A stretch of 64,000 nucleotides of DNA from an uncultured delta proteobacterium. GTDB taxonomy: Bacteria > Myxococcota_A > UBA9160 > UBA4427. A program made the translations under genes and the position numbers. Under the pieces are notes generated by a model. That model was not told the origin of the DNA and ran no database searches. It was given only the letters and a program-made list of their open reading frames with translations. Positions 48,562 to 62,007 of this stretch are shown in pieces (the stretch's first letter is position 1; the number at the start of each line of letters is the position of its first letter). The stretch covers positions 96,001-160,000 of the forward strand of contig CAWGJT010000015.1 in NCBI GenBank assembly GCA_963822965.1, read 5' to 3'.

Positions 48562-49167
48562 TCAGTCCAGCAGCAGCCGCGCCGCGCGCTCGAGCTGGTC
48601 GCCGATCTCGCGCGGGGTCCGCTGGCCGCCCGCGAGGGTGATCATGCACGCGAAGCACAGGTGCTCGAGCACGAAGACGACCCCCTCGCGATCGCGCACC
48701 GGCGCGTCGCCGAGCGCCAGCTCGATCCATCCCCGCATCATGGCCGCCAGCTCGTCGCGGTTCGCGAGCGCGCTCGGATCGGGCGAGAGCAGCGCGCGCG
48801 TGAGCGCGACCCCGAGCGCGGGCTCGAGCTCGACGCCGCGGGCCATGCGGTGGAAGACCGCAGCCACGCGAGCCGCAGCCGTGGCACCGGCGGGCGGCGA
48901 AGCCTGGAGCCGCTCCCCCAGGCGACCTCCCCAGACCGCGAGCGCCTCGGCGAGCAGATGGTCCTTCGACGAGAAGTAGCGGTACAGCGTGCCCAGGGAG
49001 ACGCGCGCCCGGGCCGCCACGTCCTTCACGACCACCGCTTCGTAGCCGCCCTGGGCGGCCAGCTCCATCGCCGCCTCCACGATGCGCCGACGCCGGTCGC
49101 GCTGTGCCGACGTGAGCGCACGGTGGACCGTCAGGGTGCCGACCCGGACCGAGACGTCGCGCGCCAT
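48562..49167 (-). CDS. TetR-family regulator, KstR-like
   Basis: AQRDRRRRIVEAAMELAAQGGYEAV....VA.RA.V.LGTLYRYFSSK.HLL closely follows the KstR N-terminal HTH sequence as recalled. Confidence 0.85.
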   Translation of the reverse strand: MARDVSVRVGTLTVHRALTSAQRDRRRRIVEAAMELAAQGGYEAVVVKDVAARARVSLGTLYRYFSSKDHLLAEALAVWGGRLGERLQASPPAGATAAARVAAVFHRMARGVELEPALGVALTRALLSPDPSALANRDELAAMMRGWIELALGDAPVRDREGVVFVLEHLCFACMITLAGGQRTPREIGDQLERAARLLLD

Positions 49168-50318
49168 CAGCGGGCGTCTCCCGTCGCCCCTGGCGCGGGC
49201 GCAAACGGAGGCGAGGCCAGGATCCCGGCGATGCGCGCCCGGTGCCAGGCCGCGTCCCCGAGCCACACCTCGTCGGCCTTCGCGCGCCGGTAGTAGAGCT
49301 GCGCATCGTACTCCCACGTGACGCCCACGCCGCCGTGGATCTGGATGTTCTCCGTCGCCGCCCGAAAGAAGGCGTCCGCGCAGTGGGCCTTGGCGACGCT
49401 CGCGAGCAGCGGGAGCTCGGGGTCCGAGGCTTCCGCCGCCTCGAGGGCCATCCGGGTCGCCGAGCGGGCACACTCGAGGTCGATCAGGATGTCGGCACAC
49501 TTGTGCTTGATGGCCTGGAACGACCCGATGGCGCGCCCGAACTGGTAGCGGGTGCGCGCGTAGTCGACCGCCGCTTCGAGCACGCGCTCCATGCCGCCCA
49601 CCATCTCGGCGCACAACGCGACCGTGGCCTCGTCGAGAGCGCGCGCGAGGCCCGTGGCGACCGCGCCCGGCGTCCCGATGCGAAGGCCCGGCGCGTCGCG
49701 CAGCACGACCGTCGCCAGCTTGCGGGTGCCGTCGAAGGTGCGAACCGCGGCTCGCTCCACCCCGGCCGCGGCGGCGTCGACGGCGAAGAGACCCTGGCCC
49801 TCGTCGGACGAGGCCACCACCAGCAGCTGCTCGGCCGCGCAGCCGTCGGGCACGAGCTGCTTGGCGCCCGTAATCCGCCACGCGTCCGTGTGCCGCACCG
49901 CGCGCGTATGCGGGGCCGCGGCGCGCCAGTCACCGTCGTCCTCCAGCCAGGCCAGGCTCGCGATCTTCCCCGACGCGATCCGCGACAGCCATTCCCGCTG
50001 CTCCTCGGGACCGCCGATCCAGCGCACCGCCTCGGCAGCCAGCACCGCCGACGAGAAGAAGGGGGCGTTGAGCAGCACCCGCCCCATCTCCGCCAGCGCG
50101 ATACCGCGCTCCACCGGGCCGAAGCCCTGGCCACCGGCGCTCTCGGAGATGGCGAGACCCGGCAGGCCGAGCTCCGCGACCAGCCGCTTCCAGAGCGCGG
50201 GGTCGCTCCCCGCGTCGGGTGCGAGGAATCGGCGCGCTTCGGCCGGCGGCACCGCCTCGAAGAAGCGGCGCAGGGTGTCGCGAAACTCGATCTCCTCGGA
50301 CGTGACGGCCAGGCTCAA
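49167..50318 (-). CDS. Acyl-CoA dehydrogenase (partner-type subunit)
   Basis: TTG start with RBS; R.QFGRAIGSFQAIKHKCAD, IQIHGGVGVTWEYD. Confidence 0.92.
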   Translation of the reverse strand: MSLAVTSEEIEFRDTLRRFFEAVPPAEARRFLAPDAGSDPALWKRLVAELGLPGLAISESAGGQGFGPVERGIALAEMGRVLLNAPFFSSAVLAAEAVRWIGGPEEQREWLSRIASGKIASLAWLEDDGDWRAAAPHTRAVRHTDAWRITGAKQLVPDGCAAEQLLVVASSDEGQGLFAVDAAAAGVERAAVRTFDGTRKLATVVLRDAPGLRIGTPGAVATGLARALDEATVALCAEMVGGMERVLEAAVDYARTRYQFGRAIGSFQAIKHKCADILIDLECARSATRMALEAAEASDPELPLLASVAKAHCADAFFRAATENIQIHGGVGVTWEYDAQLYYRRAKADEVWLGDAAWHRARIAGILASPPFAPAPGATGDAR

Positions 50319-50362
50319 GCGTGCTTCCTCGGACGGACACCGGGAACGCGCTTCCGGCAAAC

Positions 50363-50388
50363 TGAAACTTGATCTAGAATGCATTCTA
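50363..50388. promoter_or_regulatory. Overlapping KstR-box-like operator sites
   Basis: Perfect palindrome TAGAATGCATTCTA (50375-50388) and TGAAACTTGATCTA (50363-50376), compared with the KstR consensus TnnAACnnGTTnnA. AT-rich patch in the divergent intergenic region. Confidence 0.7.
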
Positions 50389-50433
50389 CTTCAGCAGATC
50401 GGCCCGGCGAGCCCCAGCATTCCCGGGCGGACA

Positions 50434-50498
50434 CAGAAGGCCGGAACAGAAGGCCGGAACAGAAGGCCCGAACAGAAGGCCCGAACAGAAGGCCGGAC
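50434..50498. repeat. 13-bp x5 tandem repeat upstream of the Rieske oxygenase
   Basis: CAGAAGGCC(G/C)GA(A/C) at 50434, 50447, 50460, 50473 and 50486. Confidence 0.95.
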
Positions 50499-50555
50499 CC
50501 GAGGAAGGAACGGGAGTGAGCGGGCAAGGGACGCGCCGCTGGGAGGACGCCTTCG

Positions 50556-51629
50556 TTGAGCGAACGCATCGTGGACCGCGTCATGAGCGGCGAGTCCCCG
50601 CTGCAGGTTCTGGCGCGCCGGGGCGAGCTTCCCGCCACCCGGCTGCGCTCCCTCGAGCGCTTCCCGTACTACGCGTGCTTCCCCTTCGGCTGGTACCGCG
50701 CCGCGTTCAGCGAGGACCTGCCGGCCGGGGCCGTGCTTCCCCTGCACCTCCTGAACCGCGAGCTGGTCGCGTGGCGCGGCGAGGACGGCGCGGCCCACGT
50801 GGTGGACGCCCACTGCCCGCACCTCGGCGCGCACCTGGGCTACGGCGGACGGGTCGAGGGCTGCCGCATCGTGTGCCCGTTCCATTGGTGGGAGTTCGAC
50901 GCCGACGGGGCCAACACGTGGGTGCCCTACGAGGGCAAGCCGAACCCGGCGGCCCGGCTGCACGGCTACCCGACCCGCGACGTGAACGGGCTCGTGCTCT
51001 TCTGGTACCACCCGCTGGGCCAACCGCCCGCCTTCGAGGTTCCGGCACTCGAGGCCTGCACCGGCCCGGGCTGGACCGAGTACCGGCGCTTCACCTGGCA
51101 GGTGCGCGCCCCCTGGCAGGAGCTGGCGGAGAACGGGCCCGACTTCATCCACCTGCGAACCGTACACGGCGCGGTGGACGTGCCCGAGCTCGAGGCCTAC
51201 GAGCTCGACGGCCCCCGCCAGCGGCTGCGCGCGCGGGTCAACTTCGACACGCCCCGAGGTCCGCAGCCCGGGCGCATCGATACCGACGGCTGGGGCCCCG
51301 GCTTCTCCGTGGCCCGGTTCTCCGGGATCATCGACGCGTGCTTCGTGGCCGCGTCCACACCCGTCGACTTCGAGGTCACCGAGGTGACCCACAGCTACCG
51401 GGTGAAGCACCTGGGAGACGACGCGGCCGCCCTCGAGCGGACCCGCCGGGTGGGCGACGCCCTGATCCGCGAGCTCGTCACCCAGGAAGAAGAGGACATC
51501 GTCATCTTCGACCACAAGATCTACCAGCCGCGGCCGCGACTCTCGCCGGCAGACGGCCCGATCGTCCGGTTCCGGGAGTGGGCCCGCCAGTTCTACGTCC
51601 CGGGCGACCCTCGGGGAACGAACCGATAG
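50556..51629 (+). CDS. Rieske non-heme iron oxygenase, KshA/sterol desaturase-like
   Basis: CPHLGAHL...CPFHWW, EN..D..HL..VH, D..I..HK.Y...P.L...DGPI..FR.W..QFY. Confidence 0.85.
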   Translation: MSERIVDRVMSGESPLQVLARRGELPATRLRSLERFPYYACFPFGWYRAAFSEDLPAGAVLPLHLLNRELVAWRGEDGAAHVVDAHCPHLGAHLGYGGRVEGCRIVCPFHWWEFDADGANTWVPYEGKPNPAARLHGYPTRDVNGLVLFWYHPLGQPPAFEVPALEACTGPGWTEYRRFTWQVRAPWQELAENGPDFIHLRTVHGAVDVPELEAYELDGPRQRLRARVNFDTPRGPQPGRIDTDGWGPGFSVARFSGIIDACFVAASTPVDFEVTEVTHSYRVKHLGDDAAALERTRRVGDALIRELVTQEEEDIVIFDHKIYQPRPRLSPADGPIVRFREWARQFYVPGDPRGTNR

Positions 51630-51939
51630 GCACGGCGCTCGGCTCCTCTCTCCTACTCGCTCCCCTGGCTCAGCGGTCTCTCGCGAGAGGCCGAAGCCCC
51701 GCACCGACGGCCAGCGGTCCACGAACGGTGGTTCATGGACGTCCCGCCGGAAGTTGACGCGAACGTCACAAATGCCACGCTCTTTTGCGCCGATTCCGGA
51801 GCTAGACTCGCAATCGCCCCTCCCGGTACCCGCCTGCTCGAGCCCGGTCGAAGCCCCGTTCGAAGGAGTCGAACATCGCCAGGATCCCCCAGAGGACGCG
51901 CCGCCGGCGCGTCGAGCCGCCGGCGGCAACCCATTGGTC

Positions 51940-52644
51940 ATGACTCGCGTCTTTGCCGCGCTCATCCGCCACGGGCAGTTCGAACGCCCGGAAGACGTGC
52001 CGAGCGCCCACCTGCCCCACCCGCTCACGCCGGACGGGGAGCGGGCCGCGGCGGCCGCGGCGGAGCTGGTGCTCCAGGACGCCCGGGACCTCGGGGCGTG
52101 GATCGACCCCACCATCGAGTGCTCGCCCCTGCTGCGGGCCTGGCAGTCGGCGCGCATCCTGGCGGAGAGCCTGGGCGCGCGGACGGGTCGGGACTTCCAG
52201 CTGTCCCAGCAGCCCGACCTGCAGGAACGCAGCCTGGGCAGCGCCGCGAACCTCACGCTCCGGCAGATCGAGTCGGCCGTCGCGAGGGATCCGCGCAACG
52301 CGCCGCTGCCGCCGGGCTGGCGGCGGAACCCGGGCTTCCGGCTACCGCTGCCCGGCGCCGAGTCCCTGATGGAAGCGGGAGCGCGCGCGGCCGAGCTCAT
52401 CTCGAGCCGGCTGGCCGACCTCGCTGCCACCGCCACGCGGGACACGCTCAAGCTGGTGGTCGGCCACGCCGGTGCCCTCCGGCACGCAGCCGTCCACCTC
52501 GGGGTGCTGCCCCTCGAGCAGGCTCCCCGCCTGTCGATGGAGTACGCCGAGCCCGTGGTGATCGAGCGGCTCGGCGACGGACGCTGGTGTCACGTGGCGG
52601 GCCAATGGAAGAAGCGCCTGCAGGGGGCGGGAGGAACCGCCTGA
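51940..52644 (+). CDS. Histidine phosphatase family protein
   Basis: LIRHG, SPLLRA.QSA, L.ERSLG, AES, VGH.G. Confidence 0.85.
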   Translation: MTRVFAALIRHGQFERPEDVPSAHLPHPLTPDGERAAAAAAELVLQDARDLGAWIDPTIECSPLLRAWQSARILAESLGARTGRDFQLSQQPDLQERSLGSAANLTLRQIESAVARDPRNAPLPPGWRRNPGFRLPLPGAESLMEAGARAAELISSRLADLAATATRDTLKLVVGHAGALRHAAVHLGVLPLEQAPRLSMEYAEPVVIERLGDGRWCHVAGQWKKRLQGAGGTA

Positions 52645-52795
52645 TGCCGAGGGCAGCGGCGCTCGAGCGGCGGAGTCGGGAGGCACCGTCTACCTGAAGG
52701 CGCTCTCCGGCCTGCCGGTGGGGGTGACCCGGGGTGGCGTCGACTTCGAGCGAGGCGTCGAGCAGGCGCGCGAGCTGCTGGGCTGACGGATCGGC

Positions 52796-54985
<2,190 letters not shown>

Positions 54986-55065
54986 GCCCCGAGCATATCA
55001 GGCCCACCCGCCTGCGCCTCAGCCCGGGTTCGCCGGAGTCGCCTCGTTTCGCTAACGAGAGGGCC

Positions 55066-56850
55066 ATGACACGAGCGAGCCTCGACCTGGCGATGGTCGG
55101 AAACTGCACCTGGGGCGGTCTCATCGACCGTCGGGGGCGGCTGGTGTGGGCCTGCCTGCCGCGATTCGACTCCGACCCGATCTTTCCGGCGCTGCTCGAC
55201 GAGGGCGACGGGGAGGACGGCACCTTCGCCGTGGACCTCGCGGACTTCGATCGCTCGGAGCAGCGCTACGACGGCAACACCGCGATCCTCGTCACCACGC
55301 TCTACGACCGGCGCGGCGGTGCCATCGAGGTCCGCGACTTCGCGCCACGCTTCTACCAGCTCGGTCGCACCTACCGGCCCACCATGTTCGTGCGACGCGT
55401 GAAGCCCCTGGCGGGCGATCCACGCGTCCGCATCGTGGTGCGCCCGCGCCACGGCTACGGCGAAGGCCGCCCTGCCGTCACCCGCGGCAGCAACCACCTC
55501 CGCTTCGTCGATCCCGGTCTCACCCTGCGACTCACCACGGACGCACCGGTCTCCTACGTCGCCCAGGGAACGGCCTTCGTGCTCCGCCGCCCGGTCAACC
55601 TGGTGCTCGGCCCCGACGAGACCTTCCCGTCGTCCCTGGAGACGACCCTGAGCGACTTCGAGAGCCGCACCCGGGACTACTGGATCGAGTGGACCCGGGC
55701 CCTGTCCATCCCGTTCGAGTGGCAGGAGGAGGTGATCCGGGCGGCGATGGCGCTCAAGCTCTGCTCCTTCGAGGAGACCGGGGCGATCGTGGCCGCCCTC
55801 ACCACCTCGATCCCCGAGGCTCCCGACTCGGGCCGCAACTGGGACTATCGCTACTGCTGGCTGCGCGACGCGTACTTCGTGGTGCACGCGCTCAATCGTC
55901 TGGGGGCCACCCGCACCATGGAGGGCTACCTCTCCTACATCGAGAACCTCGTCGCCGGCGCCGACGGCGGGCTGCATCCGGTCTACGGCATCGGGCTCGA
56001 GTCGGAGCTCCACGAGAGCCTCGCGGGATCGCTCGCGGGCTATCGGGGCCACGGACCGGTCCGGGTGGGCAACCAGGCCTGGGAGCACCTGCAGAACGAC
56101 GTCTACGGCAGCGTCGTGCTGGCGGCGACCCAGTCGTTCTTCGACCGGCGGCTGCTGCACCCGGGCGGGCCGCGCCTGTTCGAGCTGCTCGAGGGCATGG
56201 GCAAGCACGCCCTCGCGTCCTGGAACGTGCCCGACGCGGGTCCCTGGGAGTTCCGCAATCGCGCGAGCGTGCACACCTTCTCGTCGGTCATGTGCTGGGC
56301 GGCCTGCGACCGCCTGGCGCGCATCGGCAGCCGCCTCGGCATGCGCGAGCACGCCCGTGACTGGCGCGCCGAGGCCGACCGCATCCGCGCGAGCATCCTG
56401 GAGAGCGCCTGGAACGCGAAGCGCGGAACCTTCACCCACGAGCTCGGCGGCGACGACGTGGATGCGACGCTCCTCCTCCTGCACGAGCTGGGCTTCGTCG
56501 CCGCCGACGATCCGCGCTTCGTCTCGACCGTCGCGATCCTGGAGCGGGAGCTGCGGCACGGCTCGTATCTGTTCCGCTATCGGAAGCCCGACGACTTCGG
56601 CACGCCGAGCACCGCCTTCAACATCTGCACGTTCTGGTACGTGGACGCGCTGGCCGCCATGGGCCGCCGCGACGAGGCGCGCGAGCTCTTCGAGAACATG
56701 CTCGCCCAGCGCAACGCGGCCGGCTTCCTCTCCGAGGACCTCGACCCCCGGAACGGCGAGCCCTGGGGCAACTTCCCGCAGACCTACTCGATGGTGGGCC
56801 TGATCAACTCGGCGATGCGACTCTCCCGGAGCTGGGAAGAGGCCTTCTGA
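55066..56850 (+). CDS. Glycoside hydrolase family 15 (trehalase-like)
   Basis: AALTTSIPE, RNWDYRYCWLRD, GPWEFR, GNFPQTYS. Confidence 0.95.
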   Translation: MTRASLDLAMVGNCTWGGLIDRRGRLVWACLPRFDSDPIFPALLDEGDGEDGTFAVDLADFDRSEQRYDGNTAILVTTLYDRRGGAIEVRDFAPRFYQLGRTYRPTMFVRRVKPLAGDPRVRIVVRPRHGYGEGRPAVTRGSNHLRFVDPGLTLRLTTDAPVSYVAQGTAFVLRRPVNLVLGPDETFPSSLETTLSDFESRTRDYWIEWTRALSIPFEWQEEVIRAAMALKLCSFEETGAIVAALTTSIPEAPDSGRNWDYRYCWLRDAYFVVHALNRLGATRTMEGYLSYIENLVAGADGGLHPVYGIGLESELHESLAGSLAGYRGHGPVRVGNQAWEHLQNDVYGSVVLAATQSFFDRRLLHPGGPRLFELLEGMGKHALASWNVPDAGPWEFRNRASVHTFSSVMCWAACDRLARIGSRLGMREHARDWRAEADRIRASILESAWNAKRGTFTHELGGDDVDATLLLLHELGFVAADDPRFVSTVAILERELRHGSYLFRYRKPDDFGTPSTAFNICTFWYVDALAAMGRRDEARELFENMLAQRNAAGFLSEDLDPRNGEPWGNFPQTYSMVGLINSAMRLSRSWEEAF

Positions 56851-57063
56851 GCGGTCAGCGCCCCGCTGGGGCGCTGACTTGCAGCCCGAGGGCGACGCTG
56901 AGCGTCGTCCTCTTGGGAGGCTCGGCCGCGCTCGGCCTCCGGGCCGGGACACCTCGGGGTCGCAGCCGAAAGTCGCGGCAGCCCCGCCTCCGCCAGGGCA
57001 CCCCGGCGCCGCCCCTCACCATCCAGATGGGCCGCTTTCGGCCCGCTCGGGTGGGGGCCGGCC

Positions 57064-57079
57064 GGGCACGCCGCTTGCT
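57064..57079 (+). promoter_or_regulatory. Putative sigma54 (-24/-12) promoter
   Basis: GGGCACG-CCGC-TTGCT versus consensus TGGCACG-N4-TTGCW, with exact GG-N10-GC spacing; ends 13 nt before the ATG. Confidence 0.6.
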
Positions 57080-57092
57080 TGCACGCTTTGCC

Positions 57093-58603
<1,511 letters not shown>

Positions 58604-58604
<1 letters not shown>

Positions 58605-59644
58605 TGCTGAGCCGAATCGCCAGGGGAATGTGCAACATGGGCCGCCAGATCGAGCGCGCCCAGAACGTGATCCGCATCCTCGAGGTGAACCACAAGATCC
58701 ACCTCGAGCGCGAGTCCCTCGACGCGGGCAACACCTGGCTCGCCATCGGCGAGGCCTTCGGCCTCGAGCTCGACACGGTGGACGAGCCCTCCCTCTATGG
58801 CGCGCTGGTGCTCTCCGACGACAACCCGTACTCCGTGCGCTGCTGCATCGCCCAGGCGCGCGAGCACGCGCGCACCGCGCGAGACCACGTGAGCGAGGAG
58901 ATGTGGGAGCACCTGAACGGCTACTACCTGCAGCTCCACACCCTCGACTTCGACCGGGTCCGCCGCATGGGGCGTTCGGACTTCAACCGGCAGGTCGAGA
59001 CGTTCTGCGACGCCTTCCACGGTCTCGCGGACAACACCATGATCCACGGCGCGGGCTGGCACTTCCTGCGCATCGGCAAGTTTCTGGAACGGGCGTGCAT
59101 GATCTGTCGCATCCTCGAGATCAAGCGCAAGAGCCTCGCCTTCGCGCCCGAGGAGGAGGGGCGGCCGCTGGACGTCCTGCAGTGGCAGGCGCTGCTGCGC
59201 TCGGTCTCGGGCTTCGAGCCGTACCGCCGCGTCTACGACGCGCGCATCGAGCCCACCCGGGTGCTCGACTTCGTGCTGCTGAACGATTGCTTCCCGCGTT
59301 CGCTGCGGCATGCCCTGGGACGGCTCTCGGACTCGATCTGCCGCGTCGCGTCCGGCAACCCCGTCCAGACCGAGCTGGTGGGCGACGTGACCCTGCTGCT
59401 CGACGAGCTGTGCGAGCTCGACGCGGAGCAGATCCTGCTCGGCGGCGGGCTCGAGGTGTCGGTCCAGCGCCTGGCCCGGCGCTGCGCGGCGCTCGGGGAG
59501 CAGATCGAGGCGGCCTTCTTCGAGTTCACCTTCTCGTCGCCGCCGCTCGCGGACCGCACGCCGGACCTCGAACCGGTCTCCGCGGAGATCCCGGTGACCG
59601 GGCCGCCCGTGTCGCGGACGACGGTCCAGGTGGTGGCCCAGTGA
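58604..59644 (+). CDS. Alpha-E domain protein
   Basis: MLSRIA....MGRQIERA, AR..AR..RD..S.EMWE.LN, G.FLERA, W..LLRS.SG, FPRS. Confidence 0.92.
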
Positions 59645-59724
59645 GGTCGCGGGCGCCTTCACCGCCACCCCGACCGGGACCGGCCCGCTTGGTGGACGGG
59701 GTCGCGCCCGGGTAGCATCCCGGC

Positions 59725-60813
59725 ATGCGGACGTCCGGCGCCCGGCCCGGCCGGGGCACTCCCCCGGAGCTCACGAAGGGTCACTACTCCGTGGCCCGGG
59801 TGCTCGACGCCTGGTATGCGGCCTGCCGCAGCGACGACCTCCAGGACGAGCCCATCTCGCGCACGATCCTCGACCTTCCCATCGCGCTCTTCCGCGCTGC
59901 CGGCGGTCGCGCCGCCGCGGTCCTCGACCGCTGCGCGCACCGCAACGCGCCGCTCTCCGCGGGTGTGGTGGACGCCGACGGCTGCATCGCCTGCCCCTAC
60001 CACGGCTGGCGCTTCGACGGCAGCGGACGCTGCCGCGAGGTGCCCGGACTGCTGGAGCCCGGCGACATGGACGGCCGCGCCGTGCCCGCCTTCGCGGTGC
60101 GCGAGCAGGACGGCTTCGTGTGGATCTGGGCGAGGCCCGGCGCCGAGCCCGACGGCGAGCCCATGCGCATCCCGTGCCTCTCTTCCGACTACCTGGTGGT
60201 GGTGCGCGAGTACGACGTGGAGTGCACGATGCACGCCGCCCTGGAGAACGCCCTGGACGTGCCGCACACGGCCTTCGTGCACCGGGGCGACTTCCGGGGC
60301 AAGGGCAGCCGGGAGATCGAGGCGGTGCGTCGCCGCATCCCGAACGGCATCGAGGTGGAGTACCTGGGCGAGCCGCCGCTCTCCGGCCCCACCGAGGACG
60401 ACGACGGCCGACCGATCGTGTCCCAGCACTGGGATCGCTTCTTCCTGCCCGGCATCGCCCAGGTGGAGTACCGCACGCCGCCGGACCGTCACCTGATGAG
60501 CACCCTGCCCCACACGCCGGTCTCGGACTTCCGCACGCGCTTCTGGCTGGTCTCGTGCTGGAAGGTGGCGCCCGAGGACCAGGCCGCGGTGCGCCCCGCC
60601 ATCGAGAAGCAGCTCGACACGATCCTGGGACAAGACGTGGAGATCCTGCGGAAGCAGACGCAGCGGATCCGCGACCTGGGCGGCGAGTCTTTCCGTTCGA
60701 CGCCGCTCGACCTGATGGGACCCGAGATCCTCCGCATGCTGCGCCAGAGCGAGCGGGGGCTGCCCGCGGACGATGCGGCGATCGACCGCCGGGTGAAGCT
60801 CCGGGTCTACTGA
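59725..60813 (+). CDS. Rieske oxygenase alpha subunit (VanA/PobA-like)
   Basis: CAHRNAPLS...CPYHGW, EN.LD..H..FVH, QD..IL. Confidence 0.9.
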   Translation: MRTSGARPGRGTPPELTKGHYSVARVLDAWYAACRSDDLQDEPISRTILDLPIALFRAAGGRAAAVLDRCAHRNAPLSAGVVDADGCIACPYHGWRFDGSGRCREVPGLLEPGDMDGRAVPAFAVREQDGFVWIWARPGAEPDGEPMRIPCLSSDYLVVVREYDVECTMHAALENALDVPHTAFVHRGDFRGKGSREIEAVRRRIPNGIEVEYLGEPPLSGPTEDDDGRPIVSQHWDRFFLPGIAQVEYRTPPDRHLMSTLPHTPVSDFRTRFWLVSCWKVAPEDQAAVRPAIEKQLDTILGQDVEILRKQTQRIRDLGGESFRSTPLDLMGPEILRMLRQSERGLPADDAAIDRRVKLRVY

Positions 60814-60825
60814 GCGCCGCCGCCG

Positions 60826-61305
60826 CTACAGATGCGAGCCCAGCTCGGCGCCGATCGCCTCGGGGGTCGTCGGCGGCGCATAGCGAGCGAGCACCTGACC
60901 GTCGCGGCCCACCAGGAACTTCGTGAAGTTCCAGGCGATGTCCTCGTTCCCGTCGTCGCCGGGACGACCGGCCTTGAGGAAGCGGTAGAGGTCGCAGGCA
61001 CCCGGCCCGTTGACCTCGATCTTGGCGAACATCGGGAACTCGACGCCGTACTTCGAGCGGGCGAAGTCCAGGATCTCTTCGTTGGAGCCGGGCTCCTGGG
61101 CGCCGAACTGGTTGCAGGGGAAGGCCAGGACATTGAAGCCCCGGCCCTGGTTCTCTTCATGAAGGGTACGCAGACCTGCGTACTGGCCGGTGAGGCCTCA
61201 CTTGCTGGCGACGTTCACCACCAGGCAGACGGTTCCCTCGTAGTTCGACAGGCTGACCGGATCCCCGGTGATGGAGGTCATCTCGAAATCGTGAAAGCTG
61301 GCCAT
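60826..61305 (-). CDS. Selenocysteine-containing glutathione peroxidase (Sec36), 159 aa
   Basis: MASFHDF...NVASK-TGA(61200-61198)-GLTGQY...AFPCNQFGAQEPG...WNFTKFL. The TGA sits exactly at the GPx peroxidatic position; GGAGG RBS. Confidence 0.95.
61166..61183 (-). promoter_or_regulatory. SECIS hairpin of the GPx gene
   Basis: Sense GUACGCA-GGUC-UGCGUAC, a perfect 7-bp stem starting 14 nt after the UGA. Contains GCAGGUCUGC as in the E. coli fdhF SECIS apex. Confidence 0.85.
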
Positions 61306-61420
61306 GGGTTCCTCCCGAATGGCATTCAGCCGGGACGCTACCGCGCCAGGACGCCGCGGCAAGGCTCGCGCAGCCCGGGGTGATGCACGAGAATCCATCC
61401 CCTCGTGCACCGGAGGCCCC

Positions 61421-61975
61421 ATGAAGATCGATCCCAACCGCACCTGGAAGAAGGTGGAGGAACGGCTCGCCGTGGAGCGCGACCCGACCCTCCGAAGGAA
61501 CCTGCAGACCATTCTCGACCACATGAAGGCCGAGACGCGCCTCGACATCCACGGCCTGCTCGACACCCTGTCCGACGACGTCCACTACCACGCCTACACG
61601 GGGAACGTGCTCGACCCGGCGCTCTGCCCGCAGGGCAAGGTCGAGGTGCTGAGGTTCTACGAGGACTTCGCGGCGTCGGGCGCCCACAAGCTCGAGCTGG
61701 ACGTAGACCGCCTGGTGGTGGATCACGACTGCATCCTCACCGAGGGCGTGATGCGCATGGCCTACCCCGGCCGGACGTTGCAGTGGATGGGGCGCCAGGT
61801 CGACGATCCCGACGCCTACTATCTCTACGAGACCCGCATGGCCACGCTGTGGCCCCTGGACGCCGACGGCAAGATCCTGGGCGAGGACACCTACACGGGA
61901 GGCGACGGCTTCGAGGGCATCGAAGGCCGCAAGCTCTCGCCGTCCGACATCGGCGAGGCCCGCCCCGCGGCGTAG
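61421..61975 (+). CDS. SnoaL-like / NTF2 family protein
   Basis: GGAGG RBS; H.KAE...D...L..TL, V..FY, GED.Y pattern. Confidence 0.75.
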   Translation: MKIDPNRTWKKVEERLAVERDPTLRRNLQTILDHMKAETRLDIHGLLDTLSDDVHYHAYTGNVLDPALCPQGKVEVLRFYEDFAASGAHKLELDVDRLVVDHDCILTEGVMRMAYPGRTLQWMGRQVDDPDAYYLYETRMATLWPLDADGKILGEDTYTGGDGFEGIEGRKLSPSDIGEARPAA

Positions 61976-62007
61976 CCTGGTGCTCGCACCGACGCAAAGG
62001 AGATGCC

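Noticed and set aside
51755..51790. TGACG-N4-CGTCA dyad and sigma54-like TGCCACG...TTGC
   Set aside because: The invariant GG is missing and the spacing is off by one. The short dyad alone is too weak to call.
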